In this document: positions 63,762-64,000 of the stretch, piece after piece
How positions within the stretch are numbered: position 1 is the first letter of the stretch
Layout: each line of letters opens with the position of its first letter
Source of the DNA: Eledone cirrhosa
Lineage: Eukaryota
DNA: 64,000 nucleotides
Direction of reading: 5' to 3'
Assembly (NCBI GenBank): GCA_964016885.1
Contig: OZ024742.1
Location: 219,294,001 to 219,358,000, forward strand
Notes under the pieces: generated by a model
The model's database searches: none
Seen by the model: only the letters and a program-made list of their open reading frames with translations
Told to the model about the DNA's origin: nothing
Program-made: the position numbers and the translations under genes

Positions 63762-64000
63762 ATTATTTCTACTTATAGCACAAGGCCAGCAATTACCAGT
63801 GATGTACATTACTGGTACTTTATTTTATCGACCCCGTAAGGATGAAAGGCAAAGTTAACCTCAGAGGGATTTGAACTCAGTCCGTAAAGGGACGTAACTA
63901 TGCTGTAAAGCATGGCTTCCGACCCTCTACTGATACTGCCAATCCACATTTTAAATAATTGTTTCTACGTTTGGCTCAAGACCAGCAATTACCCAGTGCA
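63762..64000 (-). mobile_element. Two tandem family A SINE copies (the second is cut by the window edge)
   Basis: Copy at 63762-63947 followed by a new copy from about 63957. Confidence 0.85.

Overview
AT-rich, repeat-dense eukaryotic genomic DNA. The SINE/LINE content suggests an octopus or other coleoid cephalopod (inference). The window holds the 3' half of one minus-strand gene, a kinesin-4 family KIF21A/B-like motor, whose motor and stalk exons lie beyond position 64000. I assembled ten phase-consistent GT-AG exons from 63162 down to 27819. They encode the Ser/Pro-rich linker (ARRRTATPKELLY and NDVFKRLT motifs) and the WD40 tail. Two features of the gene stand out. First, there are two alternative in-frame terminal exons (23501-23552 and 16085-16151), each completing the last WD repeat. 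Second, the 63119-40201 interval contains several small candidate exons that each bridge phase 2 to phase 0, which looks like a mutually exclusive microexon array, and two of the candidates are bracketed by inverted SINE pairs. The introns contain RTE and CR1/L2 LINE relics (two ending in tandem C2H2 fingers), Penelope-like relics with hammerhead-like motifs, a foldback mariner derivative, a non-autonomous Helitron, TTAA-flanked MITEs, two tRNA-derived SINE families and long simple repeats. All exon calls come from reading the sequence by hand, with no transcript data. Most ORFs in the supplied track are spurious.
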